The position numbers and the translations under genes were made by a program. A stretch of 64,000 bases of DNA. It comes from Leucoraja erinacea. Lineage: Eukaryota. The first letter of the stretch is position 1. The number at the start of each line of letters is the position of its first letter. The stretch covers positions 310,001 to 374,000 of the forward strand of contig NC_073410.1 in NCBI RefSeq assembly GCF_028641065.1, read 5' to 3'. This document shows, piece after piece, positions 63,221-64,000 of this stretch. The notes under the pieces were generated by a model. The model was not told the origin of the DNA. It saw only the letters and a program-made list of their open reading frames with translations, and ran no database searches.

Positions 63221-64000
63221 TGATGTGAGGGAACAACAAGCCCACAGGACGTACTGCTGCTACATTCCAAATAATCTCTTTTTTTCCACATTGAGATGAA
63301 TATTTTAAATGATGGAGCCAGTGAGTGACAAAGATTGGCATTTGAGGTGTTTAGAAGAAGTTTTTCTCTGCATTCCTCGTTGATATGTTCGTGTGAGGAA
63401 TCCCTCTAGTGTGTTTCTCGCTCGGTTTTATTTCAGGGAACTCTGGTTTTGCACTTGTCTGAGGAAACACTAAAGAGGTGTAGGAATTCTGGAGAAACTT
63501 TAAAAATGCATTCTCATTCTACAATGTCACCATGAAGTGCACAAAGTATCTGTTCCTAAAGAAACAAAACAACATTTGGAGCAACATTGATTGCATTGTG
63601 AGTGTAACCGATTTCCCTTTGAGCTGCCGTTTGCTAGCTGTGGCTTTGTGGACCTCGACGGACAAGCAGTATTCATTGTCAGACTGAATGTACTCAGAAA
63701 AAACACTCGACAACCACTTGTAATGTTTACAAACTTACGTAGTTTATTAGAATACACTATTTGCAATATAAAATGTTATCTAAACCATCATTTATAGAAT
63801 TCAGTAGTTCTTATTGACTTTGAGATGGGATTTATCATTAATGCTTGGATAGTTTAGACTATAGAGTCCCCCCACAGGTGATAGTACCACTTGTCACCTC
63901 TTGCCTGCAGACTAGGGCTGTGTTTGCTATCCTCAGGCCACAGTTTAACATGGAAAATGGTGAAGGAATGGCTTTTCATATTTGCAAGAAGCTGACAAAC

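Overview
Vertebrate genomic DNA, most likely a cartilaginous fish (skate or ray); the taxon is inferred from HE1/V-SINE, CR1 and Penelope repeats and from protein divergence. The window keeps the conserved KAT6B - DUSP29 - DUSP13 - SAMD8 gene order. It holds the last five coding exons of KAT6B (+), then three tandem minus-strand atypical dual-specificity phosphatase genes: intact DUSP29/DUPD1, a frameshifted DUSP13A-like paralogue and an intact DUSP13A-like gene. The complete five-exon SAMD8/SMSr CDS (+) follows. Introns carry a decayed IR/DR Tc1 transposon, a Penelope-like GIY-YIG element, L2, CR1 and Rex/Babar fragments and many V-SINEs. Most notable: (1) a family of short, often palindromic Penelope-derived elements with a minimal hammerhead-ribozyme core and target-site duplications; (2) a minisatellite made of about two dozen co-oriented CTCF-like motifs between the DUSP cluster and SAMD8; (3) a compact MEF2/TATA + MCAT + E-box promoter upstream of DUSP29; (4) repeats sitting directly on splice donors; (5) a TTAGGG-containing satellite just behind the SAMD8 stop. 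Exon boundaries were read by eye from GT/AG sites and reading frame; repeat boundaries are approximate and no database search was run.
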